Shown one piece after another: positions 25,901 to 38,115 of a DNA stretch of 64,000 nucleotides. The first letter of the stretch is position 1. Each line of letters opens with the position of its first letter. The notes under the pieces are model-generated. The model ran no database searches. It was not told the origin of the DNA and saw only the letters and a list, made by a program, of their open reading frames with translations. This DNA comes from Tubulanus polymorphus (lineage: Eukaryota > Animalia > Nemertea), in NCBI RefSeq assembly GCF_964204645.1, contig NC_134027.1:22654560-22718559 (forward strand), read 5' to 3'. Made by a program: the position numbers and the translations under genes.

Positions 25901-28900
25901 ATAGTTTTCATCGATAAACGAAATTTACTCCACGGAATTCGATTTTGTAGAAGAAATTGAAAACAGAACAAATTTACTTGCAAAACTGGCCGACCCTCAC
26001 GGAGACCGCGCTTGCCGCGTGAGCAGAAATCCTCATTCCGTGAAGTCAACGGCCAAGCTTAAAAATACATTCATCTACCCTTTTAGCTCTGATGTCACTT
26101 ACTGACGCTCGTAAATTCTCGTTCTAAATATCTGTAAAAATCTCGGTCAGCACTCAGCGGAGCAGTAAAGAGTTTTCTCTTAATTAGGTCGTTTTTTTTT
26201 CTTTATTTAAAAAATCTAAGCGAAACAGACAAAACAAACAAAAGCTCCGGCTCCCGCCTGTTTAAAAATCATTTACATACGTGAGGTGGTGAGGATCTCA
26301 TTGAATGTTGAAAGATGGCTTTCGACTATATCATTCAGTAGTGATTTTTCAATAAGTCCTCGAACTCTAGGCGGCCCTCAAAATTTCGTCAAAAATCATT
26401 TTCAGGGCTGCATTACCACTGAAGGCGTCACTTTTCTGTATCAAGGACGAGGACTCCCTGTAGCTCGCATCATCACCCAGCCCCTTTCAGCTCAAGGGTA
26501 TCCCGCAGGGGGGAAAGTAACCCCACTGGTTCACAATAATCTCAGCTGAGCCCCTTTCTCTCTCCTTAAGCCCGCCAGGGGGTGAGGACCTATACTTCTC
26601 TACTTATCTAGCTTTCTATTGGATCTAAATTCGTTGTTGAAGATTTGAACAGGCACTTAAGCGTGAAACATTACTGGCCACATTACGGTAACACCACCAG
26701 AAAAATTTATGACAAAAGAGGCTTTTTTATCAAGGCCATTTTTGTCTTTTTAGAATTTTCTTTGCAACATATATTTTCTGCGACTTTTGGAGGGCATATT
26801 AGAATTTTGAAAGTCCAGTTGACCCCAAATCCCTTTTTCATTTAGTCTAGTTATATCATCACCTTTTAACCCTTCCAGCTGCACTATCTGGGTATGACTC
26901 CGTATCCACCCTCACTCGTATAAACATTTTAGAAGCCGAATAGAGAGTGTCGACCTAAACTGCATAGTCTTTCCGCGTTTTTTTTTACAGACTGGGATAA
27001 ACAGTAAAATGCCTTGAAGTATATAGCACCGTCTATGATACCCGACAGTACCGTAACCTCACGACATTCGATACACCGGAACCTTGAGGTTATTCTCAGA
27101 AGCAAAAACCAACCACGCGCGAGTAGAGTAGTTGAAACACTTGACTTCATTACTCTATCCATCAACCTCGTCGACGAAGATTTCATTGAGTTTCCGCTCG
27201 ATTGATATTGCACAGATTCCCGATTAGAACAAGAGCTAGCGGAATCCTATACGAGTTGATTACGAGGATTAATAGGCTGTCGGTATCAGGGTCCTCGCCG
27301 ATCGGTTATTCCCGACATTCCTATCGGTTATAAACGGATATTCTAGGAGTTTTTCAAGGAGGTTTTCAGATTAGGAAGAAAATCTCAAATTTCGAGGAAG
27401 CGTCTACCTCACTCTCATTACATCCCAATTACGGTAGAATCCTCGTAAATCGGTATGGTTTATCTCGCTACGCAATGAATGCAATGGTTTCGTAAGCAAT
27501 TTTTTATCGTCGATGCACTACCTAAATTCCGTTTCTAATTTTGTAACCGCCTGATTGGGAAATAAGATTTCCGAAGCGTAGTTTATTGTATCGCTGCAAT
27601 CTAGCTTTTCTAATAAAAAAAATAAAAAAAAAAAAAAATTAAAATTTCTAATAGCCTACTTCTCAAAATTGAGAATGAGTTTTTTTAGGAGTTTCGGGGC
27701 CTTTTTCTTCAAATTAAAGGAGCGTCAAAGGAATCGAGGAGTGGTAGGAACCCTACAAGGTGTACACTACACACCGAGAAGAATCAATTGTACGTTCAAT
27801 CAAAAAATATCAAACGTGCAAACTATGCATCATCTGTTGGATCCAGACGTGAGAAAAAATGCCGAGATTATTACCAATTTCAAAAGGGCAAATTAATCAG
27901 GAAAAGGTAGCTGGAACTTTTTGGCATTTTTGACGAAATTGCGTGTGTCTTGCCGAAAATGCCTTTTTATGACTGCTTGCGCCTTTTGAAGTAATTGGAC
28001 GACTAATTTAGAAGGTCTTACGCAAGTCTTGTAGGCCTACATGATTGTCCACACAGTTCTTTGTAGACCGTGCTATGTACTTCTATTTCAGAGGTAAAAT
28101 GAAAGACGTGAAAATTGGAATTGAAAGTCATAAGTAGGTATAGAACAAAGCCCTGCAACAAATTTTGGTCATAACTGGACCATTGCCCAACCCCATTACT
28201 AATTCTGGTCGTGGACTAATGAGCTGTCAGCGTGTAGGGCAATAAAAAAATATCAGTCTTTTTTAGTGAAACTAACTCTTTTTCCTTAAGTGTATATACG
28301 ATACTAGTAGGCCTTCAGGTGTAGTATAATAACAGGAGGCCGCTATGGTGATATGAAACTTGGAAAATCTGTTTATAAAACTATAAATAAACTCGAATCT
28401 CTTTCTCTCTCATGCACACATATACATAGGCCTACATACTGTATAAGACTGTTAAGACTGCACTTTCATCTTTTACTACAGCCAAGAAAGTTTGTGTAGA
28501 TCTGACTCCTGTATCATGTGTATTTAATTTTACTTTCGCGTCTTCAAGTTGACTACAGGATAATTCCATGAATCCAGATCCACAGTTGTGTGGGTTTAAT
28601 TTGACTCCGGATCCAGTTCCACAATTGTGTGGGTTTAATTTGACTCTGGATCCAGTTCCACAGTTGTGTGGGTTTAATTTGACTCCGGATCCAGTTCCAC
28701 AGTTGTGTGGGTTTAATTTGACTCCGGATCCAATTCCACAATTGTGTGGGTTTAATTTGACTCTGGATCCAGTTCCACAGTTGTGTGGGTTTAATTTGAC
28801 TCTGGATCCAGTTCCACAGTTGTGTGGGTTTAATTTGACTCTGGATCCAGTTCCATAGCTATGGGGGTTTAACTTGACTCTTGAATTCTAATCATATGGT

Positions 28901-29626
28901 TTCGAATCCGCTTTTATATCCGGATCCAGTTCCACAGGTCAAACACTTTCAGAAGGTTGTCTAAAACCTCCATTCCAAAATCACAGTATCTACGTTTATG
29001 TGACCAATTTATGTTGAATCCAATTAAAAATTCTAACCAAGAATGTTAATTGGCTTGGCCTCAATTCCAGACAGGTCATTGAGTTCAAGAATAGATTGAT
29101 TATAATAGCAGCAGCAGCAGCAGCAGCAGTGAGAAGCATCTGGAATGTCCAGCTTCCTGAAATTCCATCACATCAAATCCAGATGTTGCAAACATTTCCT
29201 GATGAAAGCAAACAGCATTGCAGCATACATCGAAATCTGGGTCTGGCAACGATTTTTAATTCTCTTTTTTCTATAGCTGAACATGATAAGTACCAGTACT
29301 ACGGCATTGTGGTGTTTTTTCCATATTCCAAGTAAATCAATCCTAGATTGAGCATCCGACATATGAAATCTGTCTACGCTTTTAGACCCTCAAAATCTTT
29401 CCACAAATGAATGTATTAAAACTGCCCCACCCGTGGCCCTCAAACTTAATCAAAATCGTAAATAATAGTAAATTAGGCTCCGGTAGACCTATCAATAGTG
29501 TTATCATTTCATCGACATATGACAAATATTGAACAGTAAGATAATTCTTAAGATAGTGAAATGTTAAAACTCACCTTTGAGTGAAAGTAGACCTAGAATT
29601 ATTGATAATACAGCGATAAAATCCAT
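1957..29626 (-). CDS. LanB1: Laminin subunit beta (LanB1/LAMB1-like), 5' 22 coding exons, continues beyond window start
   Basis: GT-AG exons with consistent phases: 29626-29575 (signal peptide [17 protein letters not shown]), 22986-22430 (LN domain, [15 protein letters not shown]...[21 protein letters not shown]), 21912-21795, 21420-21275, 18337-18217, 15854-15666, 14157-13978, 13117-13008, 12485-12270, 11580-11422, 10392-10272, 9698-9571, 9254-9065 (domain IV), 8534-8391, 7761-7530, 6888-6725, 6207-5983, 5808-5609, 4880-4775, 4098-3907 (CGECFDNWD), 2814-2634, 2141-1957 (coiled coil). Total 3916 nt, about 1305 codons; last exon ends in a GT donor with no stop. Confidence 0.96.
2291..2579 (+). 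mobile_element. piggyBac-like MITE (TTAA-CCCTTTCAGTG termini)
   Basis: TIR CCCTTTCAGTGC...CACTGAAAGGG; highly similar copies at 19774-20097, 24344-24639, 57218-57505; diverged copies near 12608-12840 and 57966-58220. Confidence 0.85.
3445..3745 (-). mobile_element. 3' fragment of an L2/CR1-type LINE
   Basis: [51 protein letters not shown] resembles the L2 ORF2 C-terminus, followed by AATAAA and an (ATT)n-like tail. Confidence 0.75.
4270..4520. repeat. Degenerate minisatellite
   Basis: Recurring GCTAGTGT..A..GGACATCAACTAC and GTGGCAAGTGA.GATCCACC blocks. Confidence 0.6.
5376..5510. mobile_element. Short MITE family with GGGCCGGT termini and internal CTTAAG repeats (PIF/Harbinger-like)
   Basis: Related copies at 8646-8785 and 17872-18004 (inverted). 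Confidence 0.7.
6240..6545. repeat. Degenerate tandem repeat rich in (AGATTG)TCCAATCAG
   Basis: Repeated gattgtccaatcag / gaggaattt motifs. Confidence 0.55.
7365..7405 (+). ncRNA. Minimal type I hammerhead ribozyme (Penelope/retrozyme type)
   Basis: cat-CTGATGA-a-GCTTCTA-ttcat-TAGAAGC-GAAA-G-CTC-atg: intact core, 7-bp stem II, CUC cleavage triplet, stem I cat/atg; TATAAATA at 7328 upstream. Confidence 0.8.
7793..7960. mobile_element. MITE with CAGTGTTTTCA-type termini, 5-bp TSD AAGAC
   Basis: aagac-[g]AGTGTTTTCA...TGAAAACACTG-aagac; second copy at 55503-55669. Confidence 0.75.
8646..8785. mobile_element. Harbinger-like MITE (same family as 5376-5510)
   Basis: GGGGTCAGTTGC...GCAACCGGCCCC termini with internal CTTAAG motifs. 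Confidence 0.7.
10580..11050 (-). mobile_element. Possible decayed non-LTR retrotransposon fragment (CRE-like)
   Basis: Frameshifted pieces [17 protein letters not shown]...LHAPSTF resemble, from memory, the post-RT region of CRE-type elements; weak. Confidence 0.3.
13332..13950. mobile_element. Nested MITEs: hAT-like element (13402-13882) inside a GGGCCCAG-terminated MITE
   Basis: Outer GGGCCCAGGTTTCA...TGAAACTGGGCCC; inner CAGAGTTGCCACTT...AAGTGGCAACACTG flanked by duplicated AAAACA. Confidence 0.7.
14572..14660 (+). ncRNA. Degenerate hammerhead motif with Penelope-like tail
   Basis: CTGAAGA-t-GGGTGGAA-gga-TTCCGCCC-GAAA with no proper NUH site; followed by ATTGTGGGTTTCTC like the other copies. 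Confidence 0.5.
16046..16336. mobile_element. hAT-like MITE with 5-bp TSD ATTAC
   Basis: attac-CAGGGACGGAT...ATCCGCCCTTG-attac. Confidence 0.7.
17872..18004. mobile_element. Harbinger-like MITE (inverted copy of the 8646 family)
   Basis: GGGGCCGGTTAC...GCAACTGGGCCC. Confidence 0.7.
18550..18830 (+). repeat. 39-bp minisatellite (GGATCCAGTTCCACAGTTGTGTGGGTTTAATTTGACTCT)
   Basis: Degenerate array; same unit at 28570-28940 and inverted at about 62850-63580. Confidence 0.85.
19774..20097 (-). mobile_element. piggyBac-like MITE copy
   Basis: TTAA-CCCTTTCAG...CTGAAAGGG-TTAA, reverse orientation of the 2291 family. Confidence 0.85.
23249..23530 (+). repeat. 51-bp minisatellite containing a tRNA-type B box
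   Basis: Unit TGGCAGAGTCTCATGATGGCATCAGGTTCAAATCCCTGTGAGGGAGGAACG, about 5.5 copies plus decayed units upstream. Confidence 0.85.
24344..24639 (+). mobile_element. piggyBac-like MITE copy
   Basis: TTAA TSD at both ends, CCCTTTCAGTG TIR. Confidence 0.85.
24811..25050. repeat. Decayed copy of the Penelope-like palindrome at 1622-1831
   Basis: GAGTAAAAATCCCACAATAAA...GGGTGGTAATAACCACCTGAAATATT...ATTGTGGGATTTCTACTC. Confidence 0.7.
28570..28940 (+). repeat. 39-bp minisatellite, homogeneous array
   Basis: About 8 near-identical units; produces the spurious [12 protein letters not shown] ORFs. Confidence 0.92.
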
Positions 29627-30809
29627 TTGATTGTTTGAATTATAAATCCTCATCGTGATAATTTATTATTGAGTAACTTTCCGATTAAACTTGTATTTAT
29701 TTCATGCAGTGCGTTGAATTAGTTCTCAAAAGACCATCTGAAAAGAAATGAAGAGATACATTAAATACCGGTAACGCGGAAGTTGATTGGTACCAGCATC
29801 TTTGCTATTCGAACAAAACGGTTCGAACCAAAATTTATAGCTATAATGAATTTGTCAGTTCAAAGAAAGGGCCTTTTTTAAAAGTTTATTCTAAAGTAAG
29901 ATCTATCAAACTGATATATCAACTTAAAGCATAAAATTCATAAACTTAATAATCAGTAGGCCTACGTTACATGAGTTAAGAGTTACTTTAGTAGCAAAAA
30001 GAAGTTCTCTAAAACTCTATGTTCTCGGTAAACGTTCTTTAAGTTAATTCCTAAATTCTTTAGGCTTTTTTAGGCCTAGGCCCTACTGGTAAGTCAAAAG
30101 TAGCCTTCTGACTATGGTCAGTTACTCATCAAGGTGAACTCATCAAGACCTTAAAAAAGTAACTACATTTTTGAAGGATTATGTCCGCTCTTCTTTTCAA
30201 CTAGGTATAAGTTACTTAAACCCTATACCGTATATTAAATTTACAACTCAACCTTATTCGGACTTAATTACCAGTGCAAGTATTACAAAGAAACTCTGAT
30301 CTCGTAATTTAATAGGCCAAAATAGAAAGGGAGAAAGTTAATTAGCTAGTTAAAGTTAGCTAGTTTTATATGAGATATCGGTGAGCTTTTGCTTGCATTC
30401 TGTAGTAGTAGGCCTTCATGAAGCTTTCTTCAAACATTTTAGGAGAAAGTAAGGAAACATTTACGGTATAAACAAATTGATCTACTCAAGTAACTCTTAA
30501 AAGATGAAGCAGCTAAATCAATTTGCAAAAAATAATAACAAGCTAGAAGAAGCTTATATAGCCCTAATCGATGGATAATCTTCATACAATATAGTGTGTG
30601 TGTTGAGAGCCTTTTAGCAGAGAGTGTGAGAAGAGCCAGAAGTGGAGAAAAGTTTCAGAAACTTCGATCAAAGTCGAATATTAGCCCGTAAAAACGTATC
30701 ATTCATTGCTTAGCCATCGCAAACATATCTGATCGCTGTCCGTAACGAAATCGCGGCGAAGATTTGAGGTGACGAGGCGTAAATCGGCGTAAAAAGAAAA
30801 GATTCTTAC

Positions 30810-30890
30810 CGCGATCACACGGAGATCACATCCATTCAGGCTCTCTCTCGGTGTAGCTGGTAGAATTTCCTCCCGCTGATGAATGTACAT
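30810..30890 (-). other. Candidate non-coding first exon of the laminin beta gene
   Basis: Strong donor G|GTAAGA at 30810/30809; the ATG-containing exon starts at an acceptor (TTTTCAG, 29737), so an upstream exon must exist. 5' boundary is a guess. Confidence 0.35.
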
Positions 30891-32183
30891 GCGGTTTTAG
30901 TCGGAGGGTGGGACACGTTATGAATGGAATAGCCCACTAGAATCTAGACTGGTTACCGGTCTCTCCAAATGGGACAGGCAACCAGTCTAACTCGAATCGC
31001 CATTTAGATTGAACTACTTTCTCAAAAAACGGTTTTTCCATCATTCCAATGAATTATGTTATATTGTTTCAGTTCATTAAATCTAATTTAAACCAATCGA
31101 CCCAAAGGTCGTGTCCAATAAATGACGATTTAATTGAATTGCTCGTGTAAACAAGACGCGTTATAGAAACGACAGAATATCAGGAAAGAGATTTATTCAG
31201 ATACAAACATAGTTTTGAAGCAAAAGGTGCAAAGATAATTAGAAAAAATAGTTATTAAATTTCTTAAGGGTCTGGTTAGAGGAGATGATATTGAATATTT
31301 GGTTTAAAAGTGGTGGTAATTTCGGTATTCGATTACTGCTTTACACGCTGCAAAATTTCTACTAATACGGGTAGCTCCGAGAATACCCAATAGAGCGCAG
31401 CGCTCCACGTCGTCGGGATGGTTTGATCATTTCAAAATTTACATTCAGCAGTCTTGGCCGCGTGCTGTGATGGCTTCCACCGGAGCAAACTAGACACAAT
31501 TAGAGGCTGCTCATAATTCAATTGCAGAAAATATCCACGGTGCCTAGAAAAACGACGAGACGTTTCGACCTACAAGCAGTTTCTAATGGCCTGGTTAGAG
31601 GGGATGATATTGAATATTGTTTAGATAATTATTCGTAGTTTCGACTCAATTCTTTGAGCCAGTGTGGAAAAACTAACATTGAATACTCTAGTCCCCAACA
31701 AAAAAGCTCCAATAAATTCCAAAATCTGTCTTTGCATCTTAGATGAGCCTTTTTCAATGCCATCTAATAAACGACTCAGGCGGATCCAAGTGGAGAGTGC
31801 AAAGGGGTGCGCACCCCTCCTATTCCAAATCATAAGTCCTGCTCGAAGCCCGAACGTTGGCTGGCGGCCACGAAGGTTCCAGGCCGTGATGGGCTAAGTA
31901 TCCTGAAATAGTTCGGATTTGAACACAATTTTTAAACACTTTAAGATCAATGTGATGATTCCGACAAAATTGAAAACACCATCAGCGCCAATCTTTTCTT
32001 TTCGAAGAACGAAAACAAATATCGATGGCTTTCGATATTTTTCATCCAAATGAGATGGCGTATCGTACTCATTCATTTACAGGGTTGCGCTAGGTCTAGT
32101 GCAGGTTGAAGATATCCTTAACGCAGTGAAACAAATCGCCCATCTCTTTAATATAATTTAGTAATATTATACTTTCGAGATAG

Positions 32184-33990
32184 TTATCTACGATGTCGAT
32201 GTGATACCTTCCCCTTTGTCTCGAAAGTATACGGATGAAGGGGAATATTCTCCTTTAATTCGTCAACGTCCTTAACGTGTAAAACCCGATCATTCAACAT
32301 AAGAGTTTCGATCATTTTGCCATCTTGCCATTTCCTGTGCACGAACGGTAAATATGGCTTCATGTTTTTACACTCCGTAAACTTCGAATACGTTTTACAC
32401 AAACTAGTCGAACCGTATTTATCTATAAGTATCTGCACTGGATCTCTCGGGGCCGGCAGCATGAACGTCTCCAGGGGGCGCTTGTGCAGCGGAAACACGA
32501 GGCTCTTTTTGAGTATTTGCTGTTTCGAATCGAAAGCATTGAAAATGTGCGTTTTGTTCTGTTTATAAAAGAAAATATCTAGAGATGGCGTGTACCATCG
32601 TCCTACATATTTGTAATATACGGTTCCACGAATATATTTAGCATCGTGGATGCGTATTTTGCCATAAAGCAATTGTTTCGGAATAAATCGCTGTTGCGCT
32701 TCCATTGTGTTAAGAAGGTCACGTCTGTTTTCATAATCCATCATTAAATCTGTATCAAGGTCGGATGGCACAAGTGCGTGATGCCTCCAAGAACCCACTA
32801 AGGTGCCAAAAATCATGAAATACGTCCAATTCCTTTCAGTTGCCAATTCGTCCAGATATTTTAATTGCCGCATGTATGCCTGCCTATAGGATTCAATTAC
32901 TGTTGCCTTCAACAATTGGCATACACCTTTGTCAACGGTTTTATTCACTTCTGGGTTGCATTTCGGAATATCGTAATTTCTTTTCGGAAAAACATGACGC
33001 GGGTCAGAACCTGAAAAAGAAATTGCAAAAATTCGATTATAGATATCTTCATAGTCAAATTCTAGAATTCGATTTTAAAGTTTTAATCAATGTTTGGCGT
33101 GTCGCTGTTCAATGGTGGCTGATTTGCTGAAAAAAACGAATTTCACGCCAAGCAAAGAATCATCCGTTTTAGCAACCGCGCCAAAGCAAACATTCATCGA
33201 CAGAAAAATTATTCTTTGTGAACGCCTTTATGCAAATATACGCAAGTTAATCTCAGGGTCAACGCGCCAAATTGAAAAATAACTTTATTGTGGTTGAAAG
33301 TTTGTTTTGGTGGGGTGCCAAAATAGGCAATATTCCGATTTCTAATCCGTTTCGGGATGCAGCCAAAATGGATTTCTTAAAAAGGAAATTCGACGTTTTT
33401 TTTTTCATTTCCAGCGTTCTGGCCCCTTCATTTGCATGTGAGGAATTTAACGTTACGGTCCGAATCAGCCATCATACTGTACTCACGTCGATCCACTTTG
33501 TACGGATTGATGATAAGTTCGGGCTTTTTTACGTAATCTACTTCGTTATCCGAGGACACAAGCGTCACAATTCGTTTATGGACTTCACTTTTTATCGAAG
33601 TGTATATTAGCGAATAAGACAGCAAACAAACGCCGCTGATTAGTAAAACCGCGTAGACAACATGACTCGACCAGCAACTTCATACCCGGTAATGGAAATA
33701 AACAAGAAAAACAAAGTTGACAGTTTATCTATATTCATATTGCCGACAACGAATAATACAATAAAAATTATAATATGTATAGAATCCCACAATAATAACG
33801 ATAAAAATATAAAGTGCGAAATTGTTTCCTTGTGCCAGTAATTCAACATTTCGACTATGAATATAGAATGAATATAGAATATAGTCAAAACCTCAAATAA
33901 ACTTTTAGCTCAATGAAAAATTATCAGACTTGCGTAATGATAGTTCTCTCAACTATCCGTTTCACTTGCTTACTTGATAAACGGCGTCAT
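32184..33990 (-). CDS. LicD/fukutin-related nucleotidyltransferase-fold phosphotransferase, type II membrane protein, copy 1 (about 344 aa)
   Basis: Exons 33990-33974 (ATG ACG CCG TTT ATC AA|gtaag), 33677-33487 (TM segment VVYAVLLISGVCLLSYSLIY), 33010-32184 (GTLVGSWRHHALVPSDLDTD, LDIFFY, FPLHKRPLE, PAPRDP...YG). Phases match. Confidence 0.85.
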
Positions 33991-34372
33991 TCTCAATCGG
34001 TTTTAAGAAATTATCGCGGGGCGCTAATTTTGCCACGACCTGCTATGCCGCAGCCGCAGTCAGTGCATTTCTGCGAAAGCTGTTGATTTTATTGCAGTTC
34101 TAAATAAGGATTAGATCCGGAAAATCGATCTTGCCATTCAAAATAATGTGGCGATATTTTTCGCATTATGAAGATTGGAACCCACCTGGGCCTCTTATTC
34201 GTTCTTTTCATATGAGGCCAGCCAGATGACGCTTACTCTTCGGGCGTACAGCTGTTGACAATGACATCGCGTTTTTTTTTCGAGGCAAGTTTTACTGGCA
34301 CTGCTTGGATGCTTTTGCTTTTGTATTCATTTGTCAGCGATAGTATTCAGCATACACTCGCGTAATGCTTAA

Positions 34373-35180
34373 AAGGTTGGCTTATGTCGACAAGCAACGC
34401 GACGCCTACCGACGCAACTGGGTTAATCGCCGATTAGCGGCAACTAGCGGCCTACGAGAGGCCGCCTGTTGCTGCTCTATCGGTTCGACATAAGCCGGCT
34501 TGCGACGGCAACCCGACGCTACCGACTCGTCGCAAGCCGTATCCGGCTAGTTGCCCATGTTCTACTGCGGCATACGGTAGGCGGACAGTTGCTTTCGATC
34601 GGAACCGACATAAGCTCATCTGCGACGCGACGAAACTGAGCGCAGCAATTCCAGCCAATGAGAGACCGCATATACATAGTACAAATTATGACCGCTAGTT
34701 AGCGTCATCAGTAATAAGTAATTAACTTTCAAAATTCAAGCAGTTCCATACGTAAACCAAACCTTCAGCACGGCAGATGGTTGGACTGAAGATCTAGAAA
34801 CGAAGTTGGTAGAATTATGGTGTGAGCGGCCATCTTTATATGATGCTGCTAGCACATTGTATTCAAAAGAGAATCAGAAAGAATAAGATCTTAAAGAAAT
34901 AGCTTATCTACTGGAATTATACTTCCCAATAATCAAAAATAATTCGAATCTATTGTCAAAATGCTTATCACGTGATCATCAGCGGGGTCGGCTCAGTTGC
35001 CAGTAATCGTACCGATATAAGCAGGGAAGCAACTGGGCGGATCTCGTATCTCGTTAGTCGGCCTCAGTTGCTGGGAATCGGAGCGCAGTCGACATAAGCT
35101 GGGCTGCGATCGCGGTCGCTGTCAGTTGCGTCGGTAGGAGTCGGTAGGCGTCGCGTCGCTAGTCGACATAAGCCAGCCTT
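34373..35180 (+). mobile_element. Non-autonomous PIF/Harbinger-like element carrying a MADF-domain pseudogene
   Basis: TIRs AGG(T/C)TGGCTTATGTCGAC...GTCGACATAAGCCAGCCT in TTAA/TAA context; 34782-34920 translates WTEDLETKLVELWCERPSLYDAASTLYSKENQKE*DLKEIAYLL (MADF-like, in-frame stop). Confidence 0.8.
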
Positions 35181-35494
35181 AAGAAACCTCGGGTTATAAG
35201 GAAATGTAATTCGACACAGATTCAAGATGGCGAAAAAGTTCCTATGATATCACCTCCATTTGCATATTAACGAGACAATGTAGGCTGCGTCACGGGGGCC
35301 GCGGAAGCCGATTTTCAGCAATACACGAGCGTGGTCGTTATAGGACCGGTAACAATCGCCAGGGCCGTGTACCTAGCATTTGAACTACTACCACTTCATA
35401 AAGATTAATGAAGTCTCTTATTTATTTCTTTATTTGAATCCCTAAAGATCACTTTGTGAACTATATATCCTAAGCATAGGAAAACAAACCACTC

Positions 35495-36376
35495 TTTCAG
35501 TTGCCAAATCGTCCAGAAAATTTAATTGCCGCATGTATGCCTGCCTATAGGATTCATTAATGTTAGCTTTAACAACTGGCATACATTTGTGTCAACGGTT
35601 TTATTCACTACTAGGTTGCATTTCGGAATATTGTATTCCATCTTTGGAAAATCATGATGTGGTTCAGAACCTGAAAAATCTTGATACGATTAGAAATAAT
35701 TCTATAGTCAATTTCTAGAAATCGAGGTTTGGATGAATGTTTGGTGTATCGATGTTCTATGGTGGCCATAACATACAATACCTTATAAGCGAATGAGGGA
35801 GCTAGAACACCAGAACGAAAAAAGACCTCGGATGTCTTTTAGAAAATACGTTTTGGGGCTCCAAACAAAGAATTTTCCGTTTAGGCGTCCCGCCAAAACA
35901 AATATTCGACAAAGTAAAATAAGTAAAATCAGTCTAAATGTCTATATATGCAAAATTATGCAAATTAAGCTCAGGGTCATCGCGCCAAATTGGAAAAAGA
36001 TTTCACTGTAGTTGAATGTGTTTGTTTTGGCTGGCGCGCCAAAACGGAAAATATCCCCATTTTTATGTTTTGGCGCGCCAAAACAGATTTTGGATGGCAA
36101 TTTGACGTTTTTACGTTTTGGCGCCCTCATTTGCATATGATGAATTTTTCTTTATGGCCCCATTCACCCACCATAGTGTCCTCACTTTGGTACACCTTGT
36201 TCGGATCGATGATAACTTCTAGATTTATTGCATAATCAGCTTCGTTATCCGAGGATGCAAACGCCACAGTTCGTCTATGGATACCAATAATTGTCGAAGT
36301 GTATATTAGCGAAAAGTACAGGACACAAACACCGCTGATTAGTAAAACTACGAAGACGACGCGTCTCGACGAATTA
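35495..36376 (-). pseudogene. LicD-family pseudogene (copy 3): exon 2 and truncated exon 3
   Basis: Exon 2 homolog 36376-36186 with acceptor AG mutated to AA; exon 3 homolog starts 35670 and stops near ATER, joining sequence like the 3' flank of copy 2 (catalytic domain deleted). Confidence 0.8.
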
Positions 36377-37631
36377 TTTCATCAGAGAAACAAACGAGAA
36401 AACTTGCCGACAACGAATAACACAATAAAAATGATATGATACTGATATGATATGTTTGAATTTGATTATATCGAGAATTGAATAATCAATATATGGATTT
36501 GAATACACTAGCATCCAGTCTAGCCCCAATATTAATGATGTAGTGCCCACCCACTCACGCACAATATGCTAATTCATCATCAAGAATGCATGGCAATTCA
36601 TTGAATTGAAAGTAAGAGTCATGAAATCTAATTGATAAAAAGTAAAAATGATAAGAAAATAAACGCCGATTTTCACAATTGTAATTATGAATTTGAAACG
36701 CCAATATTGATGACGTATTACACATCGACCAACACACTACCCCTTAGATAACGCACGCTAGTGGGCAATGTGTAAAAAAACATTTCTGTAACGGCGTTTA
36801 TGGCGTCAAATGAGTTAGAAAGCAAGTACGTGTAGTTGATAGCGCCACATAAACGAAAATATTCGTTTTTGCTCTATGATTTTTCGTTTTTGCACCCTAG
36901 CAAAAACGAGTTTTCGTTTTTGCTCTATGGATTTTCGTTTTGCATTTTTCTTGCGCCCATCTTATTTACCATTTAAGTTAAAGTTTTGGGCGTTTGGCTC
37001 TATACAAATATGACAATGGATACTCATGTTAAGGAAATGTGTAAATCTACAGGACCCAAAATCTAATAAGTAATTACCCACGGTCTCTAGGAAAACCCAT
37101 TCATAAGATTTAAATAAGTTATCTTAAACCGTTTATGAGTAAGAGAAATAAAAAATACAAAAATTAAACCGGTGAATTTGCCTATTCCAAAGAATTATTG
37201 CTCAATGATGCTCGTCAAAGGGTGTTTTGGGGTCGTCAAATTTTGAAAATGACTCGTTTTCGCTGAATGTAAAAGGCATTCTGGACCTTTCGGATTAGGT
37301 ACTTCTAGAAAATATGTAATTCACATTTTTCTGACTATGTCCTCGAATACAGGGGAATATAGCTTGGATCCGCTTCTGCTTACGGCAAACCCATGGATTG
37401 AGGGGCATCTCCATGGGGCACGGACATAGCTTGATGGTGTTCCAGAACCATCGGAAACCACACTACTATAGCAACTTGTTGTTTTGTTTAGAAATGTATT
37501 TGTTAGTCGTGTTTGTAAAGTAATTAGTCATATGTTCTTTCTGTCTTTGTTTATGGCATGTTATTGCTCAAATTGTCTACTCACTGTCTGTCACCTTTGT
37601 TTTTCATACCTAAGTTTTTGTTACTATGCAG

Positions 37632-37790
<159 letters not shown>

Positions 37791-38115
37791 TATAAGAGTC
37801 AGTTGAAACAGAATGAGGGACACAACACATACTTTTAGTTGGCAATTTGTACTGAGCAGTTGTTGCGGTCGGTAGGAAGCCGACCAAGCATTTGAATAAA
37901 AGATATTTTATCAAGATGGAATTGATGACTTTGGATTTATTTTGACGAGCTAGTTCCCGAGTGCCGGGAACGAAACAGGGGGTTTGATTTTGAAATCAAA
38001 GCGTTGATTGGTGCTCTGAGGATAGTGATGAAAGACGGGTGTTTATTAGCCTACGTGTAGTATCACATCGCGCGCCGCATCTTGTTGCGGGCAGATACCT
38101 GAATTAAAGACGCAG

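Noticed and set aside
28553-28858. Repeat-protein ORFs or a CRISPR-like array
   Set aside because: Contiguous 39-bp tandem units without unique spacers, no cas genes, eukaryotic context.
29199-29240. CTGATGA...GAAA hammerhead candidate
   Set aside because: No convincing stem II or stem I pairing.
33457-33486. Alternative LicD exon-2 donor at 33456
   Set aside because: Not conserved in copy 2 (GT to AT, plus a frameshift); the GTGAG donor at 33486 is conserved in all three copies.
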